From contig CBDBGH010000003.1 in assembly GCA_965205265.1 (NCBI GenBank), positions 2,560,001 through 2,624,000 on the forward strand: DNA of 64,000 bases, in the 5' to 3' direction. Numbering within the stretch: position 1 is the stretch's first letter; each line of letters opens with the position of its first letter. The position numbers and the translations under genes are program-made. Under the pieces are notes generated by a model, which was not told the origin of the DNA, did no database searches, and saw only the letters and a program-made list of their open reading frames with translations. The DNA comes from Alphaproteobacteria bacterium (GTDB taxonomy: Bacteria > Pseudomonadota > Alphaproteobacteria > Bin95). Below are positions 26,570 through 38,539 of this stretch, piece after piece.

Positions 26570-27372
26570 CTACGTCGCGGAGGGATCCGGCTTGCGCTGA
26601 CGGCGGCGCTTGCGGCGCGGCTCGAGGAACGCCGCGCTGTAGCCGCCGTCCCTCAGCCCCTTCGCCTTCTCGATGCGGCGCCTCGACTTCGAGCGCGGTC
26701 CCCCGTTGGGGTCCCAGGGCTCCACCGCGTCGGCCTCGAGAACGTCCAGCGCAATGTCCCGCTGCGACTTCTCCGCGCCGAGCGCGTCCAGGACCTTCAG
26801 AAGCTCGTCGTGCTCCTTGCCCGGACCCGGCGCCTCCGAGGAGGGGGCGGGCGTCCCGTCACCCGCCACAGGTCCTCGATCCGCCCGACCGCCGCCTCCA
26901 GCGGCAGGCTCAGCCCGAGCTTCGCCATGATCCCGTCGCCGGGGCCGAACGCGCGGCCCGACGGCACCAGGATCTGCAGCAGCGCGTTGCCGAGCTCCGC
27001 CTTGAGAACGAACCGGCCGTCGAGCAGCCTCAGCCCCTCGACCCGCGCTCCTGCTTCCGTCAGAAGCCCCAGCAGCGGCGCCGGGTCGGGCCAGGGGTCC
27101 GGGTCGGGCTCGCCGACGAGCATCGGGATGCCGGACCAGAAGGGCGAGCGCCAGACCTCCGCTTCGGGGTCCTCCCAGGCGAGCAGCGCCCACTCCGCTT
27201 CCGCCCGCAGGTCGGCCTCGGTCTGCACCCGGAGCGGGAACCCCGCATCCTCGAAGCGGGGCGGGGCGGCATGCACCGCCCATGCCTCGCGGTAGTCGGG
27301 GTTGCGCCGCATGTAGGCCCAGGCATGGCCCCCGAGGACCGCGTCCCGGTCCGCGCCCCTGACGCGGCTCAT
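26570..27372 (-). CDS. FseA-like (DUF6499 + DUF2285) transcriptional activator, split by a -1 frameshift near 26820-26860
   Basis: Frame 1: AWAYMRRNPDY...EW.L..EDP...PFW, stop at 26797. The -1 frame carries LLKVLDALGAEKSQRDIALDV...W...RSKSRRRIEKAKGLRDGGY, the DUF2285-type HTH. Confidence 0.75.
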
Positions 27373-27394
27373 CTCCCGGGTTGCCGCCGGGTGC

Positions 27395-30300
27395 CTACCA
27401 ACGGGCGGTAAACCCGAAGCCTATCCTGTGCTCGGGCGGGGTGTTGTCGTTGACGCTCTCGTTGCGCAGCGCCTCGACCTTGAACTCGAAGGTCCGCGGA
27501 CCCTGCCGCTCCGGCGTCAGACGCCAGCCGAGCGCGTAGTCGCGCCCCGTGTCCGACAGGCCCAGCGCGACCTCCGGCGTCCCCGTCAGCCGGCCGCCGA
27601 ACGCCGGCACGCCGTAGCCCAGCCGCGCCTCGAAGCGCCGCCGGTCCCAACTATTGTCGTTGGCCGCAAGCCCCGCCAGATCGTCGCGCGCGAGCAGCGC
27701 GTCCACGCCGCCCGCATCGGTCGCCCCCAGGGTCTGGCTCAGCGTCAGCTTCGGCCCGCGCTCCGTGTCCGGCCGCGGGTCCCAGGTCAGCCCGCCCGAG
27801 ACCCCGCGCTCGCTGAAGCCCGAGTCCTCGTGGGTCAGCAGGCCCCGCGCCTTGACCTCGGCCGACAGCCCGCGCTCCGGGTCGGACCACGCCACGCCGC
27901 CGCCGACCTCGGTGCCGAACCCGGTCTCGGCGTCGCCGCCGTCCACCCTGAGCCCGATCTCCGCGCTCGGCGTCAGCGTCGCGCCGCCGCCGACCGCGAA
28001 GGTCCGGCTGCCGTCCAGCACCAGCCGGAGCCGCGTCGCCTCGCCCTCGCTCGCCGCCATGCCCGGCACGGCATCGCTCTCCGTGCCGACCCACATCGCG
28101 TCGGACCGCACGTTGAGCGCGATGCCGTCCTCGCCGTCGAGCAGCCGCCCGGTGACGCCGACCGCGGCCATGCGCATCCGCACGTCGGTCTCCATGGCGC
28201 GCTCGCCCTCGGGCTTCAGCGTGAGCCTGCCCCAGCCCGCGCCGGCGAGGCCCGCCACCGACACCCGTTCGGTCAGGTCGAACTTGGCGTAGGGCCAGAC
28301 CCCGGTCAGCGCGCTCTCGACGTCGCCCTTGCCGGCCGGGCCGCCGTATGTGCCCTCGCCCAGGCTGTGCGAGACCATCACGCCCGCCAGCAGCCGGTCC
28401 CACTCGGCGTCGGCGCCGAGGAAGCCGGTCGTGACCGTGCCGTCCAGGTCGAGCCCGCCGGCCTCGCCCTCGAAGGCGGTGGTCGCGAACCGGCCCCACG
28501 CGGCGAAGCCCGGACCGCCCGCCTCCTTGCGGCCGGAGGCCGCGAGGTGGAACGACGTGCCGAGCAGGAACTGCTCCAGCGTCATGGTCCGCAGCCCGGT
28601 CCCGCCGCCGTGCGGGTCGCTCCCGTGCAGGCCGCGGTCGCCGGTGTACTGCCACCACGGCCGTTCGGCCCCGGCGCCGAGCGCCATTCCCTGCGCCGTG
28701 CCGTCGGACGTCCCGTCCGACGCCGCGCCGCCGGTGACGGCCTGTCCGCCGAGCGTGCCGTGCGAGCCGCCGGTCTCGGCGAACCGGCTGCCGAGCGCGT
28801 CCAGCGCCTGGCTGCCGACGGTGCGGCCCATCCGCACCAGCCACGCCCCCGGCATCGGGTCCGTGTTGGTTATCGTGCCGACCGCGTCGCCGTCGACCTT
28901 GCGCAGGCCGGAGGGGTTCGACAGCACGAGCAGCAGCTCCTCCTCGCCCTCGTCATGCGCGTCGTCCAGCACCGGCACCGACACCGTCTTCTCCGTCTCG
29001 CCCGGCGCGAACAGCAGCGTGCCCGAGGTCGGCGTGTAGTCGTAGCGCGGATGCGCCGTCCGGGCGACGGTCCGGTAGTCCACCGACGCCAGCGCGTCCG
29101 GCGCACGGTCCAGCGTCACCCTAAACGCGAGCACCGCGCCCGGCGCCTCGCGCACCCGCGCATCGGCCACCGACACGCCCGGCAGGGATCCCGGCGCCGC
29201 CTGCGGCTCCCGCGCCTTCTGCGGCTCCGCGAGCTTCTTGCGCAGCCACTTCAGGCCGCCGTTGTTGACCTTCGCCCGCGCCGGACCCCAGCCCTCTTCC
29301 TCCGGGTCGCCCAGGAAGAAGCGCGGCAGCACCGAGTTCGAGACGCCCGCGAGTCCGTCCACCTTGTCGGAGCCCGTCACCGTGCGCACCGTGTACGAGG
29401 CCCACTCCGCGCCGTCGAGCAGCCCGACCGCCGTGTCGTAGCGGCCCGTCGCCGCGGTCCCGTCGTCCGGGTCGTGGTAGATCGTGAACGAGACCGGCTC
29501 GGGCTCCGGCTCCGGTTCCGGCTCGGCGGGGGCCTCGTCGTCGTCGCGCACCGTCACCGCCGCGCTCGACGCCGCGCCCAGGTTGTAGCCGTCGCCGTGG
29601 TCCAGCGTCACCGTCACGCTGCCGTCCGGCTCGTCCGCGTCGTCGCCCGCCGTCGGCACCTCGATCGTCGCGCTCGTGGCGCCCCCGTCGATGGCGAGCG
29701 TCTTCGCGCCCTCATCGTCCGCCGCCACGAACTCGCCGTCCTCCGACACGCCGTAGGCGAGCGTCAGCCCGCCTTCCGGCGCCGCCTCCGAGAGCGTCAC
29801 CGTGAACGACGCCGCCGTGCCCTCGTCCACCGCCGGGCCGGCGGCAAGCGTGACATCCAGCGACCACGGCGAATGGCGCACCCGCACCGGCTCGCGCCCG
29901 TTGTAGTGCCGCCGGTCGAGCGCGTTCACCTCCACCAGCCAGTGCCGCGCCGCGTCGAAGTTCGGGATCTGCAGGCTGCAGCGGTCGTCCGCGCAGGTGC
30001 GGACGTCCACGATCTCGAAGCCCTTGTTCCGCGCGCCCCGCGACTTCCGCTTCGCCAGCCGCTTCGTGCCGCTCGCCCAGGCGACCGTGTAGTCGTCCCG
30101 CACCGACGGCACGCTCCAGGTCACCAGCCCGGTGTCCGAGACCGCCACGTTCTCCGGCACGCCGGTGAGGTTCAGCACCTCGCCCGGCGCCGGCGTGTGC
30201 CGCGCCGCCGCCGCCGGCAGGCCCTTGATCGGCCGCTCCGCATTGTTCACCTCGACGAGGTAGTGGTAGCGGGCGTCGAAGTCCTCGATCCGGGTCTCGC

Positions 30301-33300
30301 AGCGCCCCTCGGAGCACTGGAACTCGTGGACCGTCGCCTGGCCGGTATTCACGAAGCCCAGGTCCATGTACGACGGCGCCACCTCGTCCCAGTTCCATTC
30401 CACCCAGTACTTGATCCGGCCGTCGGGCGCCGTCGCCTTGTCCAGGGTCCAGGTCACCACCCCGGTGTCCGACACCGCGAGGTTGCGCGGCACGCGGTTC
30501 GGATCCCGCGGCGGCAGCGGCACGAATTCCGTCTTGTCGTCGTCGACGACGGTCAGCATGGCCCCCGCGCTCGGGAACCCGCCGACGCTGGCCCGGAAGT
30601 ACACCCTCTCGTCGCCCTCCTCGGCCGTGTCGTTCGTCGGCGTCACGGTGAGGTCGATCGACCCGCTCGCAGCGCCGGCCGGGATGGCGAACTCGAAGGT
30701 GGTCGGACAGGACTTGCCGGCGGACGCAATGCCGAGGTCGGTGCCGTAGGTGGCGGTATCGCCCTCCCGGCCGCAGGCCAGGATCACGTCGGCCGCGGTC
30801 GCCAGCGTCCCGCCGACCAGGGTCGCGGTCGCCGTCACCGTCCGCGCGCCGCCGTCCTCGGCGATGCGCGACGGGCTGAGACTGAGCTCGATGCCGGTGA
30901 CCACGGCCGGCGGCGTGACGGCGGGGCAGTTCTGCGTCGCGGCGACCACCGCCAGCTCGACCTTCTGGCCGTTGGTCCAGGTCAGGCCGGAGGGGTCCCA
31001 GTCGACTCTGCTGGCTGCCCCCGTAAAGGGGTTCCAGCCGGGCGTCTTCGTGAACGCCGTGCCGTCCACGCAGAACTTGTAGCTGCCCGTCGCGCTGCCC
31101 GTCAGATCCCCGTAGGCTATGCTCAGGCCGCTGCCGACGAGAAAGACGCCGGTGAGCGCCCGCGTCGCGCCCTGGTCCGTCATGCTGCTGCTGGTGATCG
31201 AGCCAATGCCCGTGTCAGCACTCCAGCCCCGTTGGAGCGTACCCCCCACCGTCAGCGTTGCCGACCAGACGGGCATGACGGACGCCGCGTCATCGTCGTC
31301 TTCCACCGCCACCGAGGTGCTTGTCGTCGCGCCCAGCGTGTAGCCCGTGCCGGCGTTCAGCGTCACCGTCACGGTGCCGTTGGCCTCGTCGTCCCCGTCG
31401 TCCACCGTGGGGACGTTGTAGGTCCCGGTCGTGGCGCCGCCGGCGATGTCCAGCGTCTTGGCGCCCTCGTTGCCCGAGGCCACGTAGTCGTCGTCCACCC
31501 CCTCCGACACCGTCAGGTCGATGGTGAGGCCGCTCGCCGGCGCCGCGCTCGACAGCGTCACCGTGAAGCTCGCGTCCGTGCCCTCCGTCACCGGAGAGGT
31601 GCCCGCCGCGATGGTGGCGGTCGGCAGCACGCCAGTCAGCGTCCCCGTGATCTCGCTCTGGGCCTGGGGCGCCTCCAACTGGTCGACGGCGCTCACCCGG
31701 ACGTCATACGCCGTATCCGCCGTCAGGCCCGTCAGCTGCACCTCCGTGTCGGGGTCCGGACCCCTGTTGGTCGTCTGGCGGCTGCTGTCGTAGCTCTGCC
31801 CGGCGCTCTTCCACTCGATGATGTAGCTGTCGAAGGTGACGCCGGTCGGCGCGTCCCAGTCCACGTCGAGCTTGGTCGGCTCGCCGTCGACCGCGGCCAC
31901 GGTCAGGTTCGGGATCGCCGGCAGGTCGTTGTCCTGCACCGTCACCGCCGCGCTCGACGGACTGCCCAGGGTGTAGCCCGGCGCCGACAGGAGCGTCACC
32001 GACACGGGGCCGTCCGTCTCGTCGTTGCCGTCGTCCACCGTGGCGACGCTGTAGTCCTTGGTCGTCTCGCCCGCGGCGAAGGACACCGTCTTCACGCCCT
32101 GGTCGGCCGCCGCCACGAAATCGCTGCCCGGCGCGTCCGCCACGCTGATGCTGAAGTTGAGGCCGGCAGCCGGCGCCGCCGTCGTCAGCGTCACCGTGAA
32201 CACCGCCGCCGTCCCCTCCGTCACCGGCGAGGTCTTCGCCGCGATCGTCGCGGAGTTCGCCGCATGCGTCCGCGTTCCCGCGACCTCGCTCCGGGCCGAG
32301 ACGGAATGATCACTGGCGACGACGGTGACCTGAACGTCATACGCGGTGTCGGCCGTCAGGCCCGTGATCTGCGCGCTCGTTTGAGGGTCGCCTGGTCTAG
32401 GGTTAGTTTGGATTTGACGGGTATTGACGTACGTCTGGCCGCCGGTCTTCCACCGGACGACGTAATTCAAGGTATCCGCCACCGCGTCCCACGACACGTC
32501 GAGCTTGTCCGTCGCGCCCATGACCGGGGTGACGACCAGGTTCGGCACCGCCGGCAGCGCCGCCGAGGTGGTGCCCGACGTCGAATCCGACCACGCCCCG
32601 TCGCCCTCGGCGTTCGTCGCCCGCACCTGCACCTGGTAGGACGTGCCCGCATCCAGGCTGCCGATCATCGCCGTCAGGCCCGTCTGGTCCTGCGGGCCGT
32701 CGTCCCAGGTCCCGCTCGTGCCCTCCCGGTAGCGCAGGTCGTAGCCCGTGATCGCCGGGCCGGCGTTCGACGGCGCGGTCCACTCCACGTCCAGGCTCGA
32801 CGACGAACCCGTCGTCGGCCCCACCGTGGGCGCCGCGGGCTTGCCCGGCGCCTCGGTGTCCACGTCCGTCACCGCCACCGTCACGGTCGCCGTGTCGGTC
32901 GCCGTGCCGTCGCTCGCCCGCACCGTCAGGGTGAAGGCGGACGCCGGGTCGGCCGGGTCCGTGAAACTCTCGTAGTTCTCGCCGCTGCCGGTATAGGTGA
33001 TCGCGCCTGTGGATGCGCCGATGGCGAACACGCTGCCGGTGTTGCCCGCCGTGATGCTGTAGGTGATCGAGTCGCCCGTGTCCGCATCCGTCGCCGTCAC
33101 CGTGCCCACCGACACCGCCGTGGTGCTGCCGTCCGCGTTCTCCGCCAGGCTGAAGCTGTAGCTCGCCGCGTCGAACGCGGGCGCGGTGTTGGTCGTCGAC
33201 GAGACCGTGATGTCGAACTCCAGCGTCGCGGTGTCGCCGTCCTCGTCGGTCGCCGTGTAGGTGTAGGTGGTCGCGCTCTGCGCCGCCGTCGGCGTGCCCG

Positions 33301-36300
33301 TGAGCATGCGCGTCCCGGCGTCGAAGCCCAGCCCCGCCGGCGGCGCCGGCGACAGGCTGTAGCGCACCGTCCCGTTGCCGCCCGTCGCCGCGGGCAGCGC
33401 CAGGTCCGATATCACCGAGTTCTGGGTGTAGGTCTGGTCGTCGATCGACACCGAGCTGCCGAACGCGGGCGACGAATTCGCCACCAGCGTCGCCGTCATC
33501 CAGACGTGGTCCGCGGTGTTTTCGGCCTGCAGCGCGTGCCGGAGCGAGGCCGTGTCCCCGGCCGCGGCGCCCGGCTGGGCAGTCACGGTGACCGTCTGGG
33601 CCACGTTCCAGTTCGTCGCGTCGTATTCGAGACGGCTCGGTGACACGCTGACCTTGTCGCTGAGCGTCGTGGACCCCTGGGACTGGAACGCAAAGACAGT
33701 GACATGTTCGTTTGTGTTTCCGCCCCCAGGAGCCCGTTTCAGCTTGACCGTATAGGTGATGGACTTGCCAACCGGCACGCTGAGCGCGGTCTTCGACAGG
33801 ACGATCCCCTGCGCGGCGTCCGCCGTCGACGTCGTGCCCGTCCCGGAGTCCGACCACGAGCTGTCGCCCTCGTCGTTGGTCGCGCGCACCTGCACCTGGT
33901 AGGATGTGCCCGCCGTGAGGCTGGGGATCTTCGCCGTGAGGCCGGTCTGGTCCTGCGGGCCGTTCTCCCAGGTCCCGCTCGTGCCCTCCCGGTAGCGCAG
34001 GTCGTAGCTCGCGATCGCCGGGCCGGCGTTCGACGGCGCCGTCCAGGTCACGTCGAGGCTCGTCGTCGAACTCGCCGTCGGCGTCACCGTCGGCGCGGCC
34101 GGCTTGCCCGGCGCCTCGGTGTTGTCGTCTGTCACCGCCACCGTCACGGTCGCCGTGTCGGTCGCCGTGCCGTCGCTCGCCTGCACCGTCAGGGTGAAGG
34201 CCGAGGCCGGGTCGGCCGGGTCGGTGAAGCTCTCGTAGTTCTCGCCGCTGCCGGTATAGGTGATCGCGCCGGTGGAGGAGATCGCGAACACGCTGCCCGT
34301 GTTGCCCGCGGTGATGCTGTAGCTCACCGTGTCGCCGGTGTCGGCATCGGTCGCCGATACCGTGCCCACCGACACCGCGTTCGTGCTGCCGTCCGCGTTC
34401 TCCGCCAGGGTGAAGCTGTAGCTCGCCGAACCGAACGCGGGCGCCCGGTTCGACGGCGCCGCCACCGCGATGGTGAAGGTCAGCTCGGCCTTGTCGCCGT
34501 GGCTGTCCGTCGCCCGCCAGATGTAGCTCACCGCCGACTGCGTCGCCGTCGGCGTGCCGGTGATCTTGCGGTTCGTCGAGTCGTAGCTCAGCCCCGCCGG
34601 CAGCGTCCCCACCAGCGCATACTCCACCGTGCCGTCGCCGCCCGACGCCGTCGGCAGCGTCAGCTCCGCGATCTGCGCGTTCTGCGTATAGGACTGGTCG
34701 TCGATGGTGCTCCCGCCGAATGACGGCGCCGTCCCCTCGATGACCGTGATGCTGAAACTCACCGTCGCCTTCTCGCGGTCGGTGTCCTCGGCCTGCCAGG
34801 TTTCGCTCGTCGCCACCTGCCGCGCCGTCGGCGTGCCCTTCAGCGTGTAGGTGCCGCCCGACCGCTCGACCGTCAGCCCGGTCGGCAGCGGCAGCGTCGA
34901 GATGGCGTGACTGAGCGGCGCGTTGCCGCCCGTCGCCAGGGGCAGCGTCACCGGCGTCATCATGGAATCCTTGGTCAGCACCAGGTCGTCGATGCCCGTG
35001 CCGAAGGTCGGCGTCGCGTTCGCCACCACCTCCAGCGAGAAGGTCAGCTCGGCCTTGTCGCCGTTGTTGTCGGTCGCCACCAGCGTGTAGGTCGAGGCAG
35101 ACTTCACCGCCGTCGGCGTGCCCACCACCCAGACGTTGCTGTTCTGGAACTGCAGGCCGGTCGGCAGGGTTTCCTTGACGCTGTAGGTCACCGGGCTGTC
35201 GCCGCCGGTCGCCAGGGGGAAGAAGGTCGACCGGTTGTACTTGTTGACCGCGAACACGAGGTCCGGGATCGACGCCCCGTCCGGGAAGGACGGCACCGCG
35301 TTGGCGGTCACCGCGATGGTGAAGGTCAGCGTGTCGGAATCCGGGTTGGTCGCGTCGCTGTCCGTCACCTTGTAGGTGTAGGTCGTGGCGTTCTGCGTCG
35401 TCGTCGGCTTGCCGGTGAGCTTGCGGGTCGCGGGATTGAAGCTCAGGCCCGCCGGCGGGTTCGGGGAGATGCTGTAGATCAGCGCGCCGTCGCCGCCGGT
35501 CGCCGCCGGCAGCGTCAGGTCCACCGCGCGGAGTTGCGGAAAGGACTGGGCCGCAACGGTCTCGGAGCCGAAGTCCGGCACCAGGTCGGTCACGCCGTCG
35601 TCATCGGTCAATGTCAGGGCGGCGCACACAAACTGCGTGTTGGCCACGCCATTGAAATTACCAATGTCGCACTTCCGCGTGAGCAGTCCGGAATTCGACA
35701 CGTCACTCGGATACGCATGCACCACGAGCGTTTTGTTCACCCCGACACGGTCGTTGTTGCGCGCCGTGATCGTCACCGTGCCGGTGCTCGTGGTCGCGCC
35801 CGCCGCGATCGTCAGCGTCTTGTTCGTGCTGAAGGAGAAATCCGTGCCTTCGACCAGCTCAGTCCCCGCATGGTCTGGATCGGAAGCGGCCTTGACGGTT
35901 ATCCGGACTTCCCGGGACACCGCAGCGCTGAGCGATGCAGTGACCGTGGCCGAGCCGCCGTTCTCGGAGATCGACGATGAACTCAACGCCAGCGTCAGGG
36001 TCGGCCGGGTCCCCGACACCGCGATGGTGAAGGTCAGCTCGTCCGAGTCCGGATCGCTGGCATCGCTGTCCGTCACCTTCCAGGTGTAGGTCACCGCCGA
36101 CTGCGCCTCCGTCGGCGTGCCGGTGATCTGCCGGGTGTTGGCGTTGTAGCTCAGCCCCGCCGGCAGCGTCCCCACCAGCTCGTAGTTCAATGCACCGTCG
36201 CCGCCCGTCGCCGCCGGCAGGGTCAGCGGCGTGATCTGCGTGTTCCGGGTGTAGGACTGGTTGGAGATGGTGTTGGTGCCGAACGTCGGCACTTCGTCGA

Positions 36301-38178
36301 TCACCGTCCCCTTCGCCGTGCCGTTGATGCGAAGCTTGAAGGAATTGGTCCACGTCAACCACGTTCCGGACGTCGCGCCCCGGTTTCGATACAGGTTGCC
36401 GTCGCCGAGGCTCCAGCCAGCCAAACCGGTCTCGGCGTCGCTCGCGGTGACATCTACGCCCAAAATTCCGGTGTCGATGTCAACAACCACAAAGTAGGGG
36501 GTGTTCGCGGTCAGATCGAGGCCCGGGTGGGTGTAGGTGCGCGCGCCTGCCGTCGACGACCCCGTCAACGTGCCCAACACGGCACCCGGCTGATCTCCCG
36601 TCGCGCTGTTGACTGTTACGGTAACGCTGGTGGCATTGGAGAACCCGGCGAATTCGACGCTGGTCAGCCTGTAGCCGTCCGGGTTGCTGCCGGTGGTGAA
36701 TGCCAGAGCCTGATCGAATTGTGACAGATTAGCCGCGACATTGGCATTGGTCTCATCATGGTTGCTGACCAGCACGGAGTCGCTTGCGCCACTCGGCCCG
36801 GAGAAGGTTTGCGGCCCGGAGAAGACTTGCGGCGCGGCGCGGAATTGTGGCCTGTCGTCGTCTCTCACCGTCACCGACGCGCGCTTTGCCGTGCCGAGCG
36901 TGTAGCCGGTGCCGCCGGCCAGCGTCACCGTCACGCTGCCGTCGGGCTCGTCGTCCCCGTCGCCCGTCGTGACGACACGGTAGGTCCCGGTCGTGGCGCC
37001 CCCGGCGATGGCGAGCGTCTTCGCACCCTCGTCGGCCGAGGCCACGAAATCGCCGTTGGCGGACTCGCTCACGGTGAGGTTCACCGTCAGACCGGCGGCC
37101 GGCGCCACACTCGACAGCGTCACCGTGAACTGCGCCGCCGTCCCCTCCGTCACCGGGGAGGTCCCGGCCGCGATGGTGGCGGCCGGCTTGCCCGGCGCGT
37201 CGTCGTCCACGTCGGTCACGCCCACCGTCACGGTCGCCTCGGTGTAGGCCGCGCCGTCGCTCGCCCGCACGCGCAGGCTGTAGGCCCGCGCCGGGGTCGC
37301 GAAGCTCTCGAAATCCTCGCCGCGCCCGCGGTAGGTGATCGCCCCGCTCGAGGAGATGTCGAACACGTTGCCCGTGTTCCCGGACTCGATGCTGTAGGCG
37401 AGCGTGTCGCCGGCGTCCGCATCCGTCGCCGAGACCGTGCCCACCGACACCGGCGTCGCGCTGCCGTCCGCATTCTCCGCCAGCGTGAAGCGGTAGCTCG
37501 CTGCGCCGAAGGCGGGCGCGCTGTTCGGCGCGGACGCCGCCGCGCCGGTCCGCGTCCCGGTGACCTCGCCGTGGGCCAGCTTCCAGTAGCCGCTGTCGAA
37601 CACCCGGACCTGGACGTCGTACACGGTGTCGGGATCGAGGCCGTTGATCCGCGCGCTCGTCGGATGCCTGCCTTCCTCGACCGTGACGACGACGCCGCGG
37701 CGATGGTGGTAGGCCTGGCTGCCGGTCTTGTACCAGACGGAATAGATGAAGGCGTCGTCGACCTCGTCCCAGGTGACGTCGAGCCTGTCTCCGGAGCCCG
37801 GGACCGCGCTCACCGTCAGGTTCGGCACCGCCGGAACGTCCCGGGCCTGCGCGGGAAGTGCGGCGAGCGCACCCAGCGACAGGAGGAGGAAGGCCCCGGC
37901 GAGGGCGCGCCGGGCTCCGGACCGGAGCCCGGCGAAGACGGGAAGGAGGAAGCGGGAAGCGGGCCCGCCGCGCGGCGGTCGGGACGAACCCGAAAGGGCT
38001 AGGTCAGAGGAGCAGTCCCGGCGTGGGGACGGATGAAGGCGAGAGGCAAGACACAGGAGCCCGCTCGGCGCTCGGCGCTCGGCGCTCGGCGCTCGGCGCT
38101 CGGCGCTAAATTATATACGAGGCAACGAAACACCGATGTCAAGCTCTTGTCCGGAAAACGCAAACGCTCCATGACCAT
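27395..38178 (-). CDS. Giant repeat adhesin/autotransporter-like protein (FN3, cadherin, Calx-beta, putative Ig repeats, C-terminal beta-barrel); upstream ATG currently out of frame
   Basis: 3477-aa ORF from GTG 37828. The frame stays open upstream to 38110 and encodes signal peptide RRALAGAFLLLSLGALAALPAQA. Ends in barrel-type GFGFTARW. ATG 38178/38172 is out of frame across the heptamer tract. Confidence 0.88.
32590..34445 (-). repeat. Near-identical internal duplication of a cadherin+FN3 module (~33855-34445 and ~32590-33185)
   Basis: Both copies encode ENADGST.AVSVGTV...ITYTGSGENYESFTDPADPASAFTLTV...EAPGKPAAPTV...YDLRYREGTSGTW with long identical DNA runs; a third cadherin copy lies at ~37190-37520. 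Confidence 0.9.
38063..38107. repeat. Heptanucleotide simple sequence repeat (GCTCGGC)6 + GCT
   Basis: Read directly: six perfect units at 38063-38104. Confidence 0.97.
38110..38142 (-). promoter_or_regulatory. Possible sigma70-like promoter upstream of the repeat tract
   Basis: Minus strand TTGACA...TATATAAT, but spacing is 19-21 nt, which is non-optimal. Confidence 0.35.
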
Positions 38179-38539
38179 ACCCCGAATCCAATCCCCGCAT
38201 GCGCGGGCACGATAGACCGGTGGAATGGAAAACGCCAGATGCGGCCGCTGTCAAGCGCCGCCATTCGCCGCCGGGTCCGCCACGCGGACAGTCGGTCGCA
38301 AGCCTGCGGACACTCCGGTCATCCATCGCGACATAACGCCGGCGCCGTGACGGTCCGCAAATTCGCTGATAGGGTGCCGCCGGGTATCGTGGTCGGCGTC
38401 GGGAGCGCTCGACGTGGGATCGTTCCTCGGGGGGTGTGCTGGCGGACTGCCAGATCGACAAGACCCCTCGTTGGGGTGAATCCTCTTACAGTATGCTTAC
38501 GCTGGCCCGATTCCAACAGTAGCCGGTCGGGCCGCGAAC

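Larger units (their letters stand above)
1..38200 (-). mobile_element. F-type (MPF-F, MOBF) conjugative element, probably an ICE; boundaries not defined
   Basis: Co-oriented complete tra set plus coupling protein, relaxase, RdfS-like HTH, FseA-like regulator, Rep-like and Abi genes, abutting housekeeping/metabolic genes on the right. No integrase in the window; right end inferred from the change in gene content. Confidence 0.85.

Noticed and set aside
27160-27200. Canonical FseA +1 slippery site
   Set aside because: No TTT.C at the expected position; the frame is continuous there.
27369-27650. 93-aa ORF as a QseM-like antiactivator
   Set aside because: Alternative frame overlapping the adhesin barrel; no recognisable motif.
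1665-33643. Very long plus-strand ORFs (1665-5990, 7445-11149, 27428-33643 and others)
   Set aside because: Antisense shadows of real high-GC genes; Arg/Ala/Gly-rich with no motifs.
37826-37828. GTG 37828 as the true adhesin start
   Set aside because: It lies downstream of an in-frame signal peptide and has no RBS.
27395-37828. Diversity-generating retroelement acting on the adhesin repeats
   Set aside because: No reverse transcriptase in the window, and I saw no adenine-specific mismatch pattern; the repeats are coding domain duplications.
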